This document shows, piece after piece, positions 49,501 through 59,450 of a stretch of DNA of 64,000 nt. Under the pieces are notes generated by a model. It did no database searches, was not told where the DNA came from, and saw only the letters and a program-made list of their open reading frames with translations. The translations under genes were made by a program, and so were the position numbers. Source of the stretch: Okamejei kenojei (Eukaryota); the NCBI GenBank assembly GCA_035221665.1, contig CM069155.1:13578001-13642000 (forward strand), given 5' to 3'. Position 1 is the first letter of the stretch, and each line of letters begins with the position of its first letter.

Positions 49501-49912
49501 AAACCAGCATCTGCAGTTCCTTGTTTCTAGATTATAAGAAACGCTGTTTTGATTGAGTTGAACTCTAAATAGCAGAGAGAATAAATAGCCAATCAAGAAA
49601 GAAGACAATGCATGACATTTTTCAGATGTGAAATTGAGTTACAAAGTTCAGATGAATGTTAAATACGTCAAAAACAGCAAGAAAGGGCAATTGAATTATT
49701 GGCACAGTTGCAGATTTCAGGACAGTACTCAAGGAATGATAGTAAGGAGGAGAGGTAGGCATTAGAGAACAATTATGAAATTCTAATAGTCCGTGATAGT
49801 TTTCTGATAATGGTATAAAACAACTCACCAATGCTGGTAACTGTTGCGCTTTCCCAGTTTTTTTATCTGGTTCCGAAAGATATATTTGATCTAGAGGCAA
49901 AGTTGGGGCCAT
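10418..49912 (-). CDS. ASCC2: ASCC2, activating signal cointegrator 1 complex subunit 2 (spliced, 18 coding exons, 747 aa)
   Basis: Exons joined by hand give a continuous ORF (MAPTLPLDQ...HDKFWCQVVFDETLQKSLDSFLRY...FLRMSTHKESK...CUE domain...RANHNRRSLADRKRNKGMIPTSF*). It is colinear with human ASCC2 as recalled. All junctions are GT-AG and the phases sum to 2244 nt. Confidence 0.97.
11604..12075 (+). mobile_element. Penelope-like element 3' fragment
   Basis: Similar to the 3' end of the Penelope copy at 29700-30050; ends in the CTGAAGA...CGAAAC motif. Confidence 0.75.
12342..12436 (-). CDS. ASCC2: ASCC2 coding exon 17
   Basis: EEGLKRDQFVQDPALLRERAEARRAAFCARK; tag/gtaaga. Confidence 0.93.
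13050..15755. mobile_element. Cluster of degraded CR1 fragments in both orientations around ASCC2 exon 16
   Basis: RFTRMLPRLESISYERL (-); LHFGKSNQGRTFMVNSRALGSFVEQRDL (+, ~14905-15750). Confidence 0.75.
14233..14311 (-). CDS. ASCC2: ASCC2 coding exon 16
   Basis: PFTIPRVLRQKEEVEYEEEAEEAVPK; cag/gtaact. Confidence 0.93.
16087..19314 (-). mobile_element. L1-clade LINE with intact 5' end, ORF1 and endonuclease only (3'-truncated)
   Basis: 5' end GGGACTTCCGGTGGCG; ORF1 coiled coil + LEGRQRRQNLRIAGIPE...ISIYQDY with one in-frame stop at 18495-18497; ORF2 APE domain SWNVKGIN, FIQETH, NVYGPN, IIGGDFN at 16087-16560. Confidence 0.93.
16981..17670. repeat. AT-rich tandem repeat, ~240 bp period, ~2.9 copies, in the L1 inter-ORF spacer
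   Basis: 17161-17340 is identical to 17401-17580; units start near 16981, 17211 and 17451. Confidence 0.92.
19650..19754 (+). pseudogene. CHST14: Captured CHST14 N-terminal fragment, internally deleted
   Basis: MVVLKAARAACRAVLFPTIIT-TMIEKGMLTDVDAP; aligns to copy 2 and to the CHST14 LLLMIEKGML motif. Confidence 0.75.
20531..20746 (-). CDS. ASCC2: ASCC2 coding exon 15
   Basis: KGEDGKTLLDDKTHITQQRERYNAY...YDDEYDDTYDVNQIGANDVDSDDELISR; cag/gtagga. Confidence 0.95.
23071..23370 (+). mobile_element. tRNA-derived SINE (V-SINE/HE1-like)
   Basis: A box TGGCGCAGCAG, B box GGTTCGATCC, central gtggagtttg...gggttttctcc domain, CR1-like tail gggccgaagggcctgtttcc. Confidence 0.88.
23776..23895 (-). CDS. 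ASCC2: ASCC2 coding exon 14
   Basis: KVKQDEETVLSMRRNVFDYDDFDVYNRNTVDLSKIWKGK; tag/gtgagt. Confidence 0.95.
25949..26154 (-). CDS. ASCC2: ASCC2 coding exon 13 (CUE ubiquitin-binding domain)
   Basis: GAGAAAAKITGIELESLISQVRDILPHLGEGFILECLEEYNYDTEKVINNILEDKIPPSL...; tag/gtaatt. Confidence 0.95.
26560..27825 (-). mobile_element. Penelope-like element fragment (RT C-terminus + GIY-YIG endonuclease)
   Basis: RFTCTSSNLIYCIRCSRCGRLYIGKTKRRLGDRFVEH; PLVLTFHP. Confidence 0.9.
28098..28287 (-). CDS. ASCC2: ASCC2 coding exon 12
   Basis: DETRTSYIIKAVDSAWEAC...QPEHETDEY; cag/gtgagt. Confidence 0.93.
28356..29022 (-). mobile_element. Penelope-like element 3' part (left arm of an inverted pair)
   Basis: Reverse complement of ~29425-30054; TPSPGTFPCNRRKCYTC; terminal hammerhead-like motif at 28441-28470. 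Confidence 0.9.
29035..30054 (+). mobile_element. Penelope-like element 3' part (right arm of an inverted pair)
   Basis: RVPLVLTFH...PCNRRKC; GIY-YIG NLIYCIRCSRCQMLYIGETKCRLGDRF. Confidence 0.92.
31138..31212 (-). CDS. ASCC2: ASCC2 coding exon 11 (followed by a U12-type donor)
   Basis: FLTDYDEQFPVADDISLLQQAFPA(L); cag/GTATCCTTT. Confidence 0.95.
32228..32296 (-). CDS. ASCC2: ASCC2 coding exon 10
   Basis: SEHSLTFIEDFLQIFTALLHQK; tag/gtaagt. Confidence 0.93.
32747..34017 (-). mobile_element. Rex1/Babar-type LINE 3' part
   Basis: LLKFADDTTLIGLIQDGEESAYRLEV; YLRQLRK...IIESVLTFSIMVWFG; ttcaa-type tail. Confidence 0.9.
34605..34712 (-). CDS. ASCC2: ASCC2 coding exon 9
   Basis: LQNDLWRRLSHSRKKIIETFHHIINFKCLQPILEN; cag/gtgtgg. 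Confidence 0.93.
35303..35584 (-). mobile_element. tRNA-derived SINE (V-SINE/HE1-like)
   Basis: Same family as 23071-23370, reverse orientation; B box GGCTCGATCC. Confidence 0.85.
35727..37351 (+). mobile_element. Tc1 DD34E transposon, Passport-like, full length (copy A)
   Basis: TA target duplication; ~210 bp TIRs starting CAGTGGCTTGCAAA; transposase from ATG 36117 to 37133 with a TAA at 36189-36191; WSDE...QQDN-34-E. Confidence 0.95.
37648..37722 (-). CDS. ASCC2: ASCC2 coding exon 8
   Basis: LTSFYEAIIPELENTIKQRRFEEI; cag/gtaagt. Confidence 0.95.
38029..38322 (+). mobile_element. tRNA-derived SINE (V-SINE/HE1-like)
   Basis: A box TGGCGCAGCGG, B box GGTTCGATCC, ctaaa tail. Confidence 0.85.
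40108..40220 (-). CDS. ASCC2: ASCC2 coding exon 7
   Basis: EFKDILLYLCDTCTTLFAFLDIFPEASRIFQKHDYIQ(R); tag/gtatgg. Confidence 0.95.
40553..40968 (+). mobile_element. Rex1-type LINE 3' end, continuing at ~42129-42220 after the TIR-element insertion
   Basis: Degraded ...accaccagattcaagaacagtttcttcccc... Rex1 ORF end and 3' UTR. Confidence 0.65.
40969..42128 (+). mobile_element. Non-autonomous TIR DNA transposon carrying a CHST14 fragment, copy 2
   Basis: 20-bp TIR TAGACTGTGGGCCGAGGTGC / GCACCTCGGCCCACAGCCTA with one mismatch; no transposase. Confidence 0.9.
41424..41561 (+). pseudogene. CHST14: Captured CHST14 N-terminal/transmembrane fragment with an internal stop
   Basis: MEVLKAARATCRAVLLPTMLTFGVIMASGGLLLMI*KDMLAQVDAL versus recalled human CHST14 [29 protein letters not shown]; TAG at 41529-41531. 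Confidence 0.85.
42394..42504 (-). CDS. ASCC2: ASCC2 coding exon 6
   Basis: VYSSICEKCGLMWENHSNFPQKIDGQTKVSPMDMPLQ; aag/gtattg. Confidence 0.92.
43597..43664 (-). CDS. ASCC2: ASCC2 coding exon 5
   Basis: (G)NIFNQQPNYFNDLNETVPTILQ; cag/gtattg. Confidence 0.95.
43763..43892 (-). CDS. ASCC2: ASCC2 coding exon 4
   Basis: EHFITPNVFGEIIYDGFLFDIPKIFDLCIIFGKGNTVLLKKMI; tag/gttagt. Confidence 0.95.
44522..46418 (+). mobile_element. Tc1 DD34E transposon, Passport-like (copy B), with an internal Penelope fragment
   Basis: TA flanks; same TIRs as copy A; ATG at 44891; ORF 45271-46200 with an intact DD34E triad. Confidence 0.95.
44923..45238 (-). mobile_element. Penelope GIY-YIG fragment nested in Tc1 copy B
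   Basis: Homologous to ~28550-28825; absent from copy A. Confidence 0.88.
47218..47388 (-). CDS. ASCC2: ASCC2 coding exon 3
   Basis: VVFDETLQKSLDSFLRYTPRQYDG...LHRSVFMIFLRMSTHKESK; tag/gtacca. Confidence 0.95.
48019..48177 (-). CDS. ASCC2: ASCC2 coding exon 2
   Basis: HPSRKEDCYFVLYKPPPQDDMPALVEEFLERANFIASDLDWLLSLPHDKFWCQ; aag/gtatta. Confidence 0.95.
49829..49912 (-). CDS. ASCC2: ASCC2 coding exon 1 (exon begins ~49924 with a short 5' UTR)
   Basis: MAPTLPLDQIYLSEPDKKTGKAQQLPAL; donor GTGAGT; acceptor ttgacttag upstream. Confidence 0.95.
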
Positions 49913-50344
49913 GATGTATTTTTCCTAAGTCAATGCAACAAACAGAAATCATCAAAATAAAGTATTTCTGATATTAAACATTAATACATTCATTCTTTGA
50001 TTGTGAATGACAATTGAAGCAAAATAACCCACTAAGAGCCATTATTGATATCCTTAAGATACAATGTGTTCACGTAAAAGGTTTCCACACATAGATAGAT
50101 ACATGGATAGGAAAGGTTTTGAGGGATATGAAACAAAGTGTATGAAGGGCCTGTTTCTATGCTGAATGACTATCATACATTATCAGTTAAACATTTTGTA
50201 GATCCTGCCGAAATTGAAAACAATCGGTAATAAAGTTGTATAAAAGATGGTCCTGTAATATTAATCAAAATCTTACTATGTGCAGACTAAGGAATATTCA
50301 CACCCTGTTAAACTGCTGTGTGTTCTCAGACTGATCCAGAGCTT

Positions 50345-50379
<35 letters not shown>

Positions 50380-51541
50380 ACCAAGATTAACAGCGACTTG
50401 TGTTGCTTAGGTGTTGAACACTGCACTTGATTATTTCTCTCAAACAGCATTGTAAATAAGACTAATTTGTTTCACTAATGATAATCAAAAAGATAAATCC
50501 AGACCTGGATACTGTGGTCAATTCTCCCTCTCAACTTCAGACAGTGATCAAAGAAAAATACATGCCTGACCAGTCTCATTTAAATGATGACACCTTAGAG
50601 AATATAGCTGTACTACACAGGGATGCCAACCTAGATTTTTGCACTGGAATGTGCTTCAAACCCGAAACTGTATTGCACATTAGCAAGTGCTTCAAGCAGA
50701 CAACTTCCTTTTTTTTGTACTCTGTCCCCTTTTGCCATTGGATACTATAAATTTAGATTATATTCGGAGCCATTCCGGTTAAAAAAATAATTGAAAAGCA
50801 CATAGGTGCGGATGCTAGAAATATGAAAAAAATAAAAAAATGCTGAAGATAAACAGGCTGGGAAGCATTTATGGAGAAAGAAACAAAAGTCAGGAAGAAT
50901 CTATGGAGAAAAAGGTTAATGATTCATATCAATTAATTTTTTATCAGAGCTGGTGGGGGGGGTGGACAAGCAACTTTCGAAATGCAGAAAGAGCATGGGA
51001 AAGAGAGAACTAGGAAATGTCGGTGATAGAGTGGTAACCAAGGTTATCCAGGAGTCAATTGCTTTCAATGTCCTACAGTTAACCAAAGCCAATTTGCTTG
51101 TAGGACTGTAAAGAGAGATGTATGAGCTCAGTTCAAGGGCATAGTAATTCTTCCCCATCCCAAATATTCCATGAGAAGGTGGGTAATTAACTGACTTCTT
51201 GAATCACTGCAGTCTTTTTATTGAAGATATTTCCATGATGCGTTTGGACAGGGAGTTAACTCAATATTTCCCTCTTCACAGACGATGCCCAATGTTGGAT
51301 ATTTCCAATATTCTTATCTATTTCAGATTATCAGCATTTTCTGTCTTCTGCATCTCACTGTTTCAGCATACTGTTTCCCCCTCCCTCTCTCTAATTGCCC
51401 ATTGACCTCATTTTATTTACAATACTCCAGTAAGCTCAGTTATGATTGATTACATGCATGCACTAAAACTACTGGACAATGTTGGTCTCAATTCTGCAAC
51501 AAACCTATTCTTCCCCAAGTAAAAATAAACCTCCTTTCTCA

Positions 51542-51923
51542 AGGGCCTGTCCCACTTTCCCGAGTTATTCACGAATTCTCTTGAGTTATTCACAAATTCT
51601 CCCGAGTTTTCAAACTCGCAGAATGTTCGTAACGGGTCCGTAGGAGTCCGTGCATATATATCGTAGCGGCTCGTTATGCCAGCTGTAGGTACTCGGAGCA
51701 TCAGGTGAGTCGGGACGTTTTTTCGGCCTGTTGAAAAATGTCCGCGAGTAAAAACGTAGCCCCGAGTACCTTTGGCTGCCATTACGAGCCGCTACAATAT
51801 ATCCTGGACTCCTACGGCCGCCTACGGACTCGTTACGAACATTCTGCGAGTTTGAAAACGCGGGAGAATTCGAGAACATCTCAGGAGAATTTGTGAATAA
51901 CTCGGGAAAGTGGGACAGGCCCT
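51542..51923. mobile_element. PIF/Harbinger-type MITE
   Basis: TIR AGGGCCTGTCCCACTTTCCCGAG, with imperfect inverted symmetry over more than 100 bp; 3-bp TCA duplication at 51539-51541 and 51924-51926. Confidence 0.88.
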
Positions 51924-54144
51924 TCACTTTTCCTGCCCTGATGAAGAGTTGTTGACAAGTAAACATTTTCTCACTACAGATACTGCCCAAGCAGTATTTT
52001 CTGTACGTTGTGTTTATCTTAAAGTATGTTTATACATATTTATAGTGACTGAGCCACATGGCAATGAGTCATGCAATTGGCTTTGTATGTTTTTAATTTT
52101 TGTATCAGGACACATGAAAATGTAACATCTCCCTATCAACCAACCAGAAAAGTCAGTATGGAATACAGAATGAAACAAGTGTCCAGTTCATCCTCTACAT
52201 TGCAAGATTATTTTTTCATTTTGCCGCAATTTATCTCACCAGTACAGTTGGGTGTGTGCCCAAGGATATGACAACTCCCTTCAATAAACTAACATTACGC
52301 CCATCCTACATGTCTTTCTTTGTGAAGCCAAGATTAGACAACAGTTGCTGAAAACTTATCAAACACAGGATACTTTATGATGTTCTGACTAGCTGATGAG
52401 TTCCATTATTTTATTTTATTATTACAGTAAATAAAACTTTCAGATGAATGATTAGAGAGAGCCAGGAGGTTAATAGTGCGGCTTTCAGAGGTTGTGGGAA
52501 GGAACTGCAGATGCTGGTTTAAACCGAAGATAAACACAAAATGCTGGAGTAACTCAGCGGGACAGGCAACATCTCTGGATAGAAGGAATGGGTGATGTTT
52601 CAGGTTGAGACCCTTCTTCAGACTGGCAGATGGGTCGCAACCCATCATTTTGTGTCTATCTTCGGTTTTCAGAGGTTACTGATTTATAGTTATACATGAG
52701 ATGGGATAATAAATGGTGAGTAAATGCAAAGCAATAACCATCTACAACAAGATGGAAGTACTTATCCTTGCCATTAAATTGTATGACTATCAATATCTTC
52801 AGTGTTATCACTGACCACCAAACTAACTGGTTTAACCGCATGAATGCTGTGTAGAAACAAGGAATAACAGATGCTCGTTATTACACAAAATGACTCAAAA
52901 TGCAGCAGACACTCAGCAAGTCAGTATCTCTGGAGAACCTGAAGATTAGAGGTGATGTTTCGGGTGATGTTTGAAAAAGGGCCACGACCCGAAGCATCAC
53001 CTATTGACGTTTCCCAAAGAAAGTGCTTGACCTGCTAAGTTACCCCAGTGATCTGTGTAGATAAATGCCTTGTAAGACCAGGTTAGTGGTTGGATATCCT
53101 GTAGCTTACCTCCTGACACCTCAAGGCCTTCCCATAATTCACACAGCATGAATCAGAAGCGTAATAAAATACTCTTCCCTTGCTTAGATGAGTACAGCAC
53201 CAACATCTATAAAGACTCAAAGCCAACCAGGATAAAGCAATCCACTTGATTTTCATTTCATCAAGCATTAAACATTAATTCCTGCAACTACCAGAGTATG
53301 GTGGCTGCAGTCTACAACATGCACAAAATGTACAATAGTCAGGCAATGATTCGGAGCTAGACCCTTAATCTGAACTGAGTAGACATAAGATAAACACAAG
53401 AAAGAGGTGATAAAGCAGTTCAAGAGCTGGAAAAAAAGGCTAATTCTTGGGAGCGGGCGTTGACTGGTGGATGGATTCAGATGAAAAGTCACAGAGCCGA
53501 GGAAATGATTGGAGGAGGTAACATGGAGCTGCAGTTGATGGAATCTAATGGGGAAGGAGGGTATGGGTCCAAATAAGGGACGTGGGATAGGCCGACAGGA
53601 ACAGTGGGGAGAAGAGGATCTGATAGAAGAATGGGCAGAGGGAGTGGGAGGGGAAAGTGGTTGAATGAGAAGGGGTGGGTGTTTGTTGTTACATGGAAAT
53701 CTGGGTAGAAGGGGGGAGAGAATGACTGAGGTAAGTTACCCAAAATGACAGAATTCTTTGTTCATGCCATCAGGTTGCAGACTATCCAGCTAGGTTTACA
53801 TTCAACCCACACTAAGATATTCTGAGGTCTTAGCTTCACCAATACAAATTCCACATGAAATATCTCAGAGCCAATATTTTGCTCACGATGGAATTGATTC
53901 CCTCTTTTGCTACTTTGCCTCCTTTTCACCTCTTCTTCCTGAATATTAAGTATCCTTAGATGTTCAGTTCCCATCCATGTTCACCCTGTAGCCATGTCTC
54001 TGTAACTGACACTGTGTGCACAGTTATTCTGCACTTTTGATAAATTGTCAGCACCCAATAATTAACATGCTACCTGGGGTTTATGGGCTTGAGTTGTAGG
54101 GAGAGATTAGATAGGCTGGTACATTTATCTTTCGAGCACAGGTT

Positions 54145-56060
54145 TAGGTTTATTATTGCCAGGTGGACTGAGTGAAAAGCTTTGTTTTGCATGCTTTAGT
54201 TTGGTTTAGAGACACAGCATTGAAACAGCCCTTCGGCCCACCGAGTCTGCCCCGCACATTAACATTATCCTACACACACTAGAGACAATTTACACAAATG
54301 TACCCAAGCCAATTAACCTACAAATTTGTATGTCTTTGGAGTGTGGGAGGAAACCGGAGCTGCCGGAGAAAACCCAAACAGGTCACGTGAGAACGTACAA
54401 ACTCCACTATCCAATTAAAGCAGATAATACCGTGCATAAATACAACCAAACCAAACCATAGGTAGAGCAAAAGGAAAGATAGAGGACAGAAATTCCAATG
54501 TGTGCAATAGGGTAGAAGGGAATCGGACTGTACCTTAGCTTATTGAAGGAATGTTCAGAAGCCTGAAAACAGAGGAAGAAGCTGTTCTCGAGTCTGGTGG
54601 TGCATGTTTTCCAGCTTTTGTATCTTTTGCCTGAGGGCAGCAGGGAGAACGAGGAATGACTGTGGTGGGTAAGATGCTTGATTACATGGGCTGTTTTCCC
54701 AAGGCAGCATGAAGTCTAGAAGTCGAAGGCGGGGAGTCTGGTGCGTACGATGGACTGGGCTACATTCACAACTTTCTGCAATTTCTTGTTGTCTTGGGCA
54801 GAGCTGATCCCAAACCAAGCTGTGACGCACATCAGGTAACCTTTTCACACAAAGGATGGTAGGTGTATGGATCAAGCTGCCCAAGGAGGAAGTGGAGGCA
54901 GCGACTATCCCGACATTTAAGAAACAGTTAGACAGGTACATGGATAGAACAGGTTTGGAGGGAAATGGACCTATCGCAGACAGGTGGAACTAATGTAGCT
55001 GGGATATGTTGGCCGGAGTGAGCAACTTGGGCCGAAGTACCTGTTTCGACACTGTATAACTCTATGACTATGACTCTAAGTATACTTTCTGTGGCACATC
55101 TATAGAAGTTTGTAAGAGTCATTGGAGACATGCCAAATTTCTTCAGTCTCTTGCGTAAGTAGAGGCGTTGGTGTGCCTTCTTGGCTATTGCTTAAATGTG
55201 GTTTGACTTCGATAGATCGTTGGTAATATTTATGCAATGGAACTCAAAGCTCTAAACCATTTCCACATCGGCACCATTGATGCTGATTGGGGCATGTGCT
55301 CCATCATGTTTCCTGAAATCGATAACTAGCTCCCATGTCTTGCTGACATTGAGGGCGAAGTTGTCGTCCTGACATTATGCGACTAAGTTTGCTATCTCCT
55401 TCCTGTACTCCATCTTGTCATTGTTTGTGATCCGACACACCACAGTGAGGACATCTGCAAACATGTGGATATAGTTAGAGCCAAACTTTGCTGCACGGTC
55501 ATAAGTGTATAGGGAGTATAGTGAAGGACTAAGAACACACCCTTGCCAGGCACTGTTTTTTTTTTAATTTATTGTCATCTATCTACAGATTGTAGTCTGT
55601 AGTTGAGAAAATCGAGGATCCAGTGGAAAAGGTGGTGCTGACTCCTCGGTCCAGGAATATGGTGATGCGTTTGGATGGGATTATAGTGTTGACGGCAGAT
55701 CTATAGTCGATAAATAGGAGTCTGGTGTATGAGTCCTTAATGCTGAAGTGTTCCATAGATGAGTTTAGGGCCAGCCAGATGGCATTTGGTGTGGACCTGT
55801 TGCGACAGTGGGCAATCTGCCGTGGATCAAGAGTGTCTGGAAGGCTGGAATTAATGTGTGCCATCAACAGTCTCTCAAAACACTTCATGATTGTGGATGT
55901 CAGAGCCACATGATAATAGTCAGTAAGGCATGCTCTCTTGCTTTTTGACATCGGGATGATAGTGGTCTTTTTAAAGCATGTGGGGACCTCAGAATGGAGG
56001 AATAAGTGGTTAAAGATGTCTGTGAATATTCTGCCGGCTGATCTGCAGAGGTCCTAAGGG
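54145..56060 (-). mobile_element. Degraded Rex1-type LINE with a nested SINE (~54197-54407) and CR1 3' end (~54835-55075)
   Basis: DYYHVALTSTIMKCFERLL...LFIDYRSAVNTIIPSK; LTNFYRCATESIL. Confidence 0.8.
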
Positions 56061-56397
56061 GTGACATTATTGAGGTGCACATGATCATGAGGGGCAGGGA
56101 TAAAGTGAACACACACAGTCTTTTTCCCAGGTAGAGGATTCTAAACCACAGGACATACAGGGGAGAGATTGTACAGAGATGTAAAATTGAGCCATTTTTT
56201 TCACAACTTTAAAGTTGAGGATATTTTATTCTGCATCTGGTATGCTCCATCCTTCACATATGTAGTCAGTCATAGTATGAAGCAGGCCCTTTGGGCCATC
56301 ATGTCCATGCCAACCAAACTGGCATACTGGATATTTGTGTGCATTAGGTTTATATAAAAGTAGTTAATATCTCGATATAAGCAGCCAGAAGGCACTG

Positions 56398-57441
56398 TAG
56401 GAATGTTACAAAACTTACCTTTAGCGGTGCTGCAGTTCTGTAACTGGCCGTGTGCGCAACTTTGGCGCCTTTGAGGGGGGAGGCGGGGTTAAAATGCGTT
56501 TTTCCCTTGCCATCCGGAGTTTTATTTTCTCGGAGTGTGAGATTTTGCTAAAGATTCGTTCCGGCTGCTGGTAAGTGACTTTTTTTTTTTTTTTTTTAAT
56601 AAATTAAATCGCCCGACTATTGCAGTGCTGCAGTAAAGTAAAAATTAGCTCCTAATGCAGTGAACGCCGACAACGGGGACGGATTTTACGTTGTGGACAG
56701 GTAAATGAAAGTTGTTTTTCATATAAACTTGCTTGTTTAGATGACCTTAATCAACATTTCATGGTGATTTATTCCCCATACGAACCGGCAGAATTTTTCC
56801 TGCCGATATGGGGTTTAAATTCACCGCAACCACAATGTTCCAATCCATCGCGTTCTATAAAATCCCACTCACAAGTTGATTTAAATGGCCATTAATCTAC
56901 AGGCATTAAACACTAAATTCCTTCAATTTGGCCTATAAATTAATGTTAATTAGATTTAGAAATCATGTTATATTGTGAATTCTTGTGTGAATGTTATTTG
57001 GGCACATAGGCTTTAAACAAAATGTTCATTTTTTCTTAAGAAATGGATAGATGTTTAGATCTAGTAATTGAATTGTGTAATTAGCTACAATTGGGTAACT
57101 AACTAATTAAATGCTTTAATTTCAGGTCATCCAAGTAAGATTGTTTCATATTTGTTTCAGAATGCTTCAATCTATAATAACTGAAAATTTATTTCAGTTC
57201 TCTTAATTTTTAAGAAAGTTATGGGCTTTTGACTGTCCTCGATCAGAACTTTTGTGTTAAGTCAATAGAAAAGCAATAGGAAACAAGTTGCTAATTTCCG
57301 AGTATGAAAATGGCCGTAACTTTTTTAATACTGAAGATATTAATGTGAATTAGGTGTCAAATTAAACTTCATTTTATGCTTTATCTGATGGGATAAATTG
57401 CAGACTTGATTTTTTAAATCTCAAAATTTTGTAACATTGCC
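56398..57441. mobile_element. Non-autonomous hAT-like DNA transposon
   Basis: Ends TAGGAATGTTACAAAA / TTTTGTAACATTGCC; 8-bp duplication AGGCACTG at 56390-56397 and 57442-57449. Confidence 0.78.
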
Positions 57442-59099
57442 AGGCACTGGGCTTCTTCCAGAAGCAGCCACAAGAAGCTATGGACTTGGATACAATTATA
57501 ACTTTTAGAAACATTTTAGAGGGATATAAATGGGGCTAGCCCAGTATGCCAGTTTGGTCAGCATGGACAAGATGGCCCAAAGGACCTGCTTCATACTATG
57601 ACTTTATGTGAGAGATGGAGCATACCAGATGCAGAATAAATTATCCTCAACTTTAAAGTAGATCAAATAAATCTTTAAACACTGTAATACATCAGCATGC
57701 TAACAATTCCAAAAGTCCACAAGTAGACCCACAAATATTTCACTGTTTTCAAGCAGTCATAATAGACACTGAACAAAGGGCAGGAGGAGGCATAAAAGTA
57801 TAATGTGCTTGCACCATTGACGTAGTCAGTCATTGCAAACGACATTGCAAAGTCTTGCCTTGAACTTTGTATTACAAAGGCTATGAACCAATTCACTCCA
57901 GGGTCTGAAGAAAGGTCCTGACCTGAAACGTCACCATCTTTTTTCTCCAGAAATGATGCCTGACCTGCGGAGTTACTTCTACACTTTACGACTATCCTTG
58001 GTATAAACCAGCATCTGTAGTTCCTTTCGACACATTTTGTCCAACTTCTTTATCCACTGGTTACCAAACATCAGGGACCTGAAACGTCACCCATTCCTCT
58101 GCCTGTCCCGCTGAGTTACTCCAGCATTTTGTGTCTACCTTCAACCTAACACATCAAGTCTGTTTCTCTTCTCCTTGAAGTTCTTTAGCCTAGTACACAC
58201 TGTCATCACTCAGTATTTATTTCAAATTCCCAACATCGGCAGCAACTTGAGCAAAAAATCAAACTAGTGGGGGAACACAGCTGGGCAGGTAACATCTGTG
58301 GAGGGAAATAGACAATGTTTTGGATCAGGATTCTTCTTCAAGGCTCAGTTTACTGTTTTTGCTCAATATTCCAGCATCCGCAGTGTCATGTATTCCCATC
58401 CTCAGCAACTTATAAACGTCTATACCATCAAGTACCCTCAAAGAGCTAAATCAATGGATAATACAATACAAACACTCCCATTTCATTGTTCTGTTTCGAC
58501 ACATATGACAATAAAACATTTCTGATTCTTGAAAGACAACTATGACGTCCAAAATCCGATTTGGACTGAATGCATTATCCTGTCCATGTCACGTAAATAA
58601 CTGCAGTAAATAAAAACGTTGCTATAAATTTGCTTTAACAAAGAATCGGAAATTGTATACGTTACAATTCATAAAATTACATAGTGAGAATCAAAGATTG
58701 ACACAAAATACTGGAGTAATTCAACGGGACAGGCAGCATCTCTGGAGAGAATGAATACTAGGTGACGTTTCGGGTCAAGACTGAGTCAGGGGAGAGGGAG
58801 ACTAGAGATACGGAAGGGTAAGGCATGACAACGACAGATCAAAGCAGATGCTGATCAAGGAAATGCAGAATGATTCATTGTGAGAAAGGAAAAGCAAGGG
58901 TTACTTGAAGTTAAATAAATCAATGTAGATAGACACAAAATGCTGGAGTAACTCAGCGGAACAGGCAGCATCCCCGGAGAGAAATAGAAATGGGTGACGT
59001 TTCGGATGGAGAAGTTTCTTCAGAAATCAATATTCATACCGCTGCGTTGTAAGCTGCACCGAGCGGGAATCAAACCCTGACGACTTTGGTGGAAGCACT

Positions 59100-59450
59100 G
59101 AAATGTCCGGGTGCTGTCACCAGGCCTCTCGCCTCTCGCTGCTCAACAAGCGCCGCCGGTTCAAAGGGCGTTGCCAAGGAGCTGACGTGGCCGCGGCCCT
59201 CATTTGAAAACAAATCGCCGCCGCCGCGCACCACGTGGTTCCCCGCACCACGTGGTCTCCCCCCCCCCCCTCTCCGTGACGTCGCCGCTGTGGTTGACGT
59301 TCCCCTCCCCTCCCGCCGCCATGTTCTGAGCAGCTATCCCACCGCCGCGGACAGAAAAATAATAACAAATTATAATGATCATTCTTCGGTGAGAGGACAA
59401 ACAAAACCCAGCCAGCACGGGTCATCGAAGAGTTTGCTTTCGCGTGTCCC
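59100..59450. promoter_or_regulatory. CpG-island promoter, probably bidirectional (ASCC2 leftward, another gene rightward)
   Basis: CpG-rich non-repeat stretch. Tandem GCACCACGTGGT E-boxes (59228-59239, 59245-59256), CRE-like TGACGT sites, YY1-type GCCGCCATGTT (59315-59325). Candidate donors CTG|GTGACA (minus, 59121/59120) and CG|GTGAGA (plus, 59388/59389). Confidence 0.75.

Noticed and set aside
50346-50379. Poly-C/G runs (also ~2812-2836 and ~4428-4454)
   Set aside because: Simple homopolymers of unreliable length, with no evidence of function.
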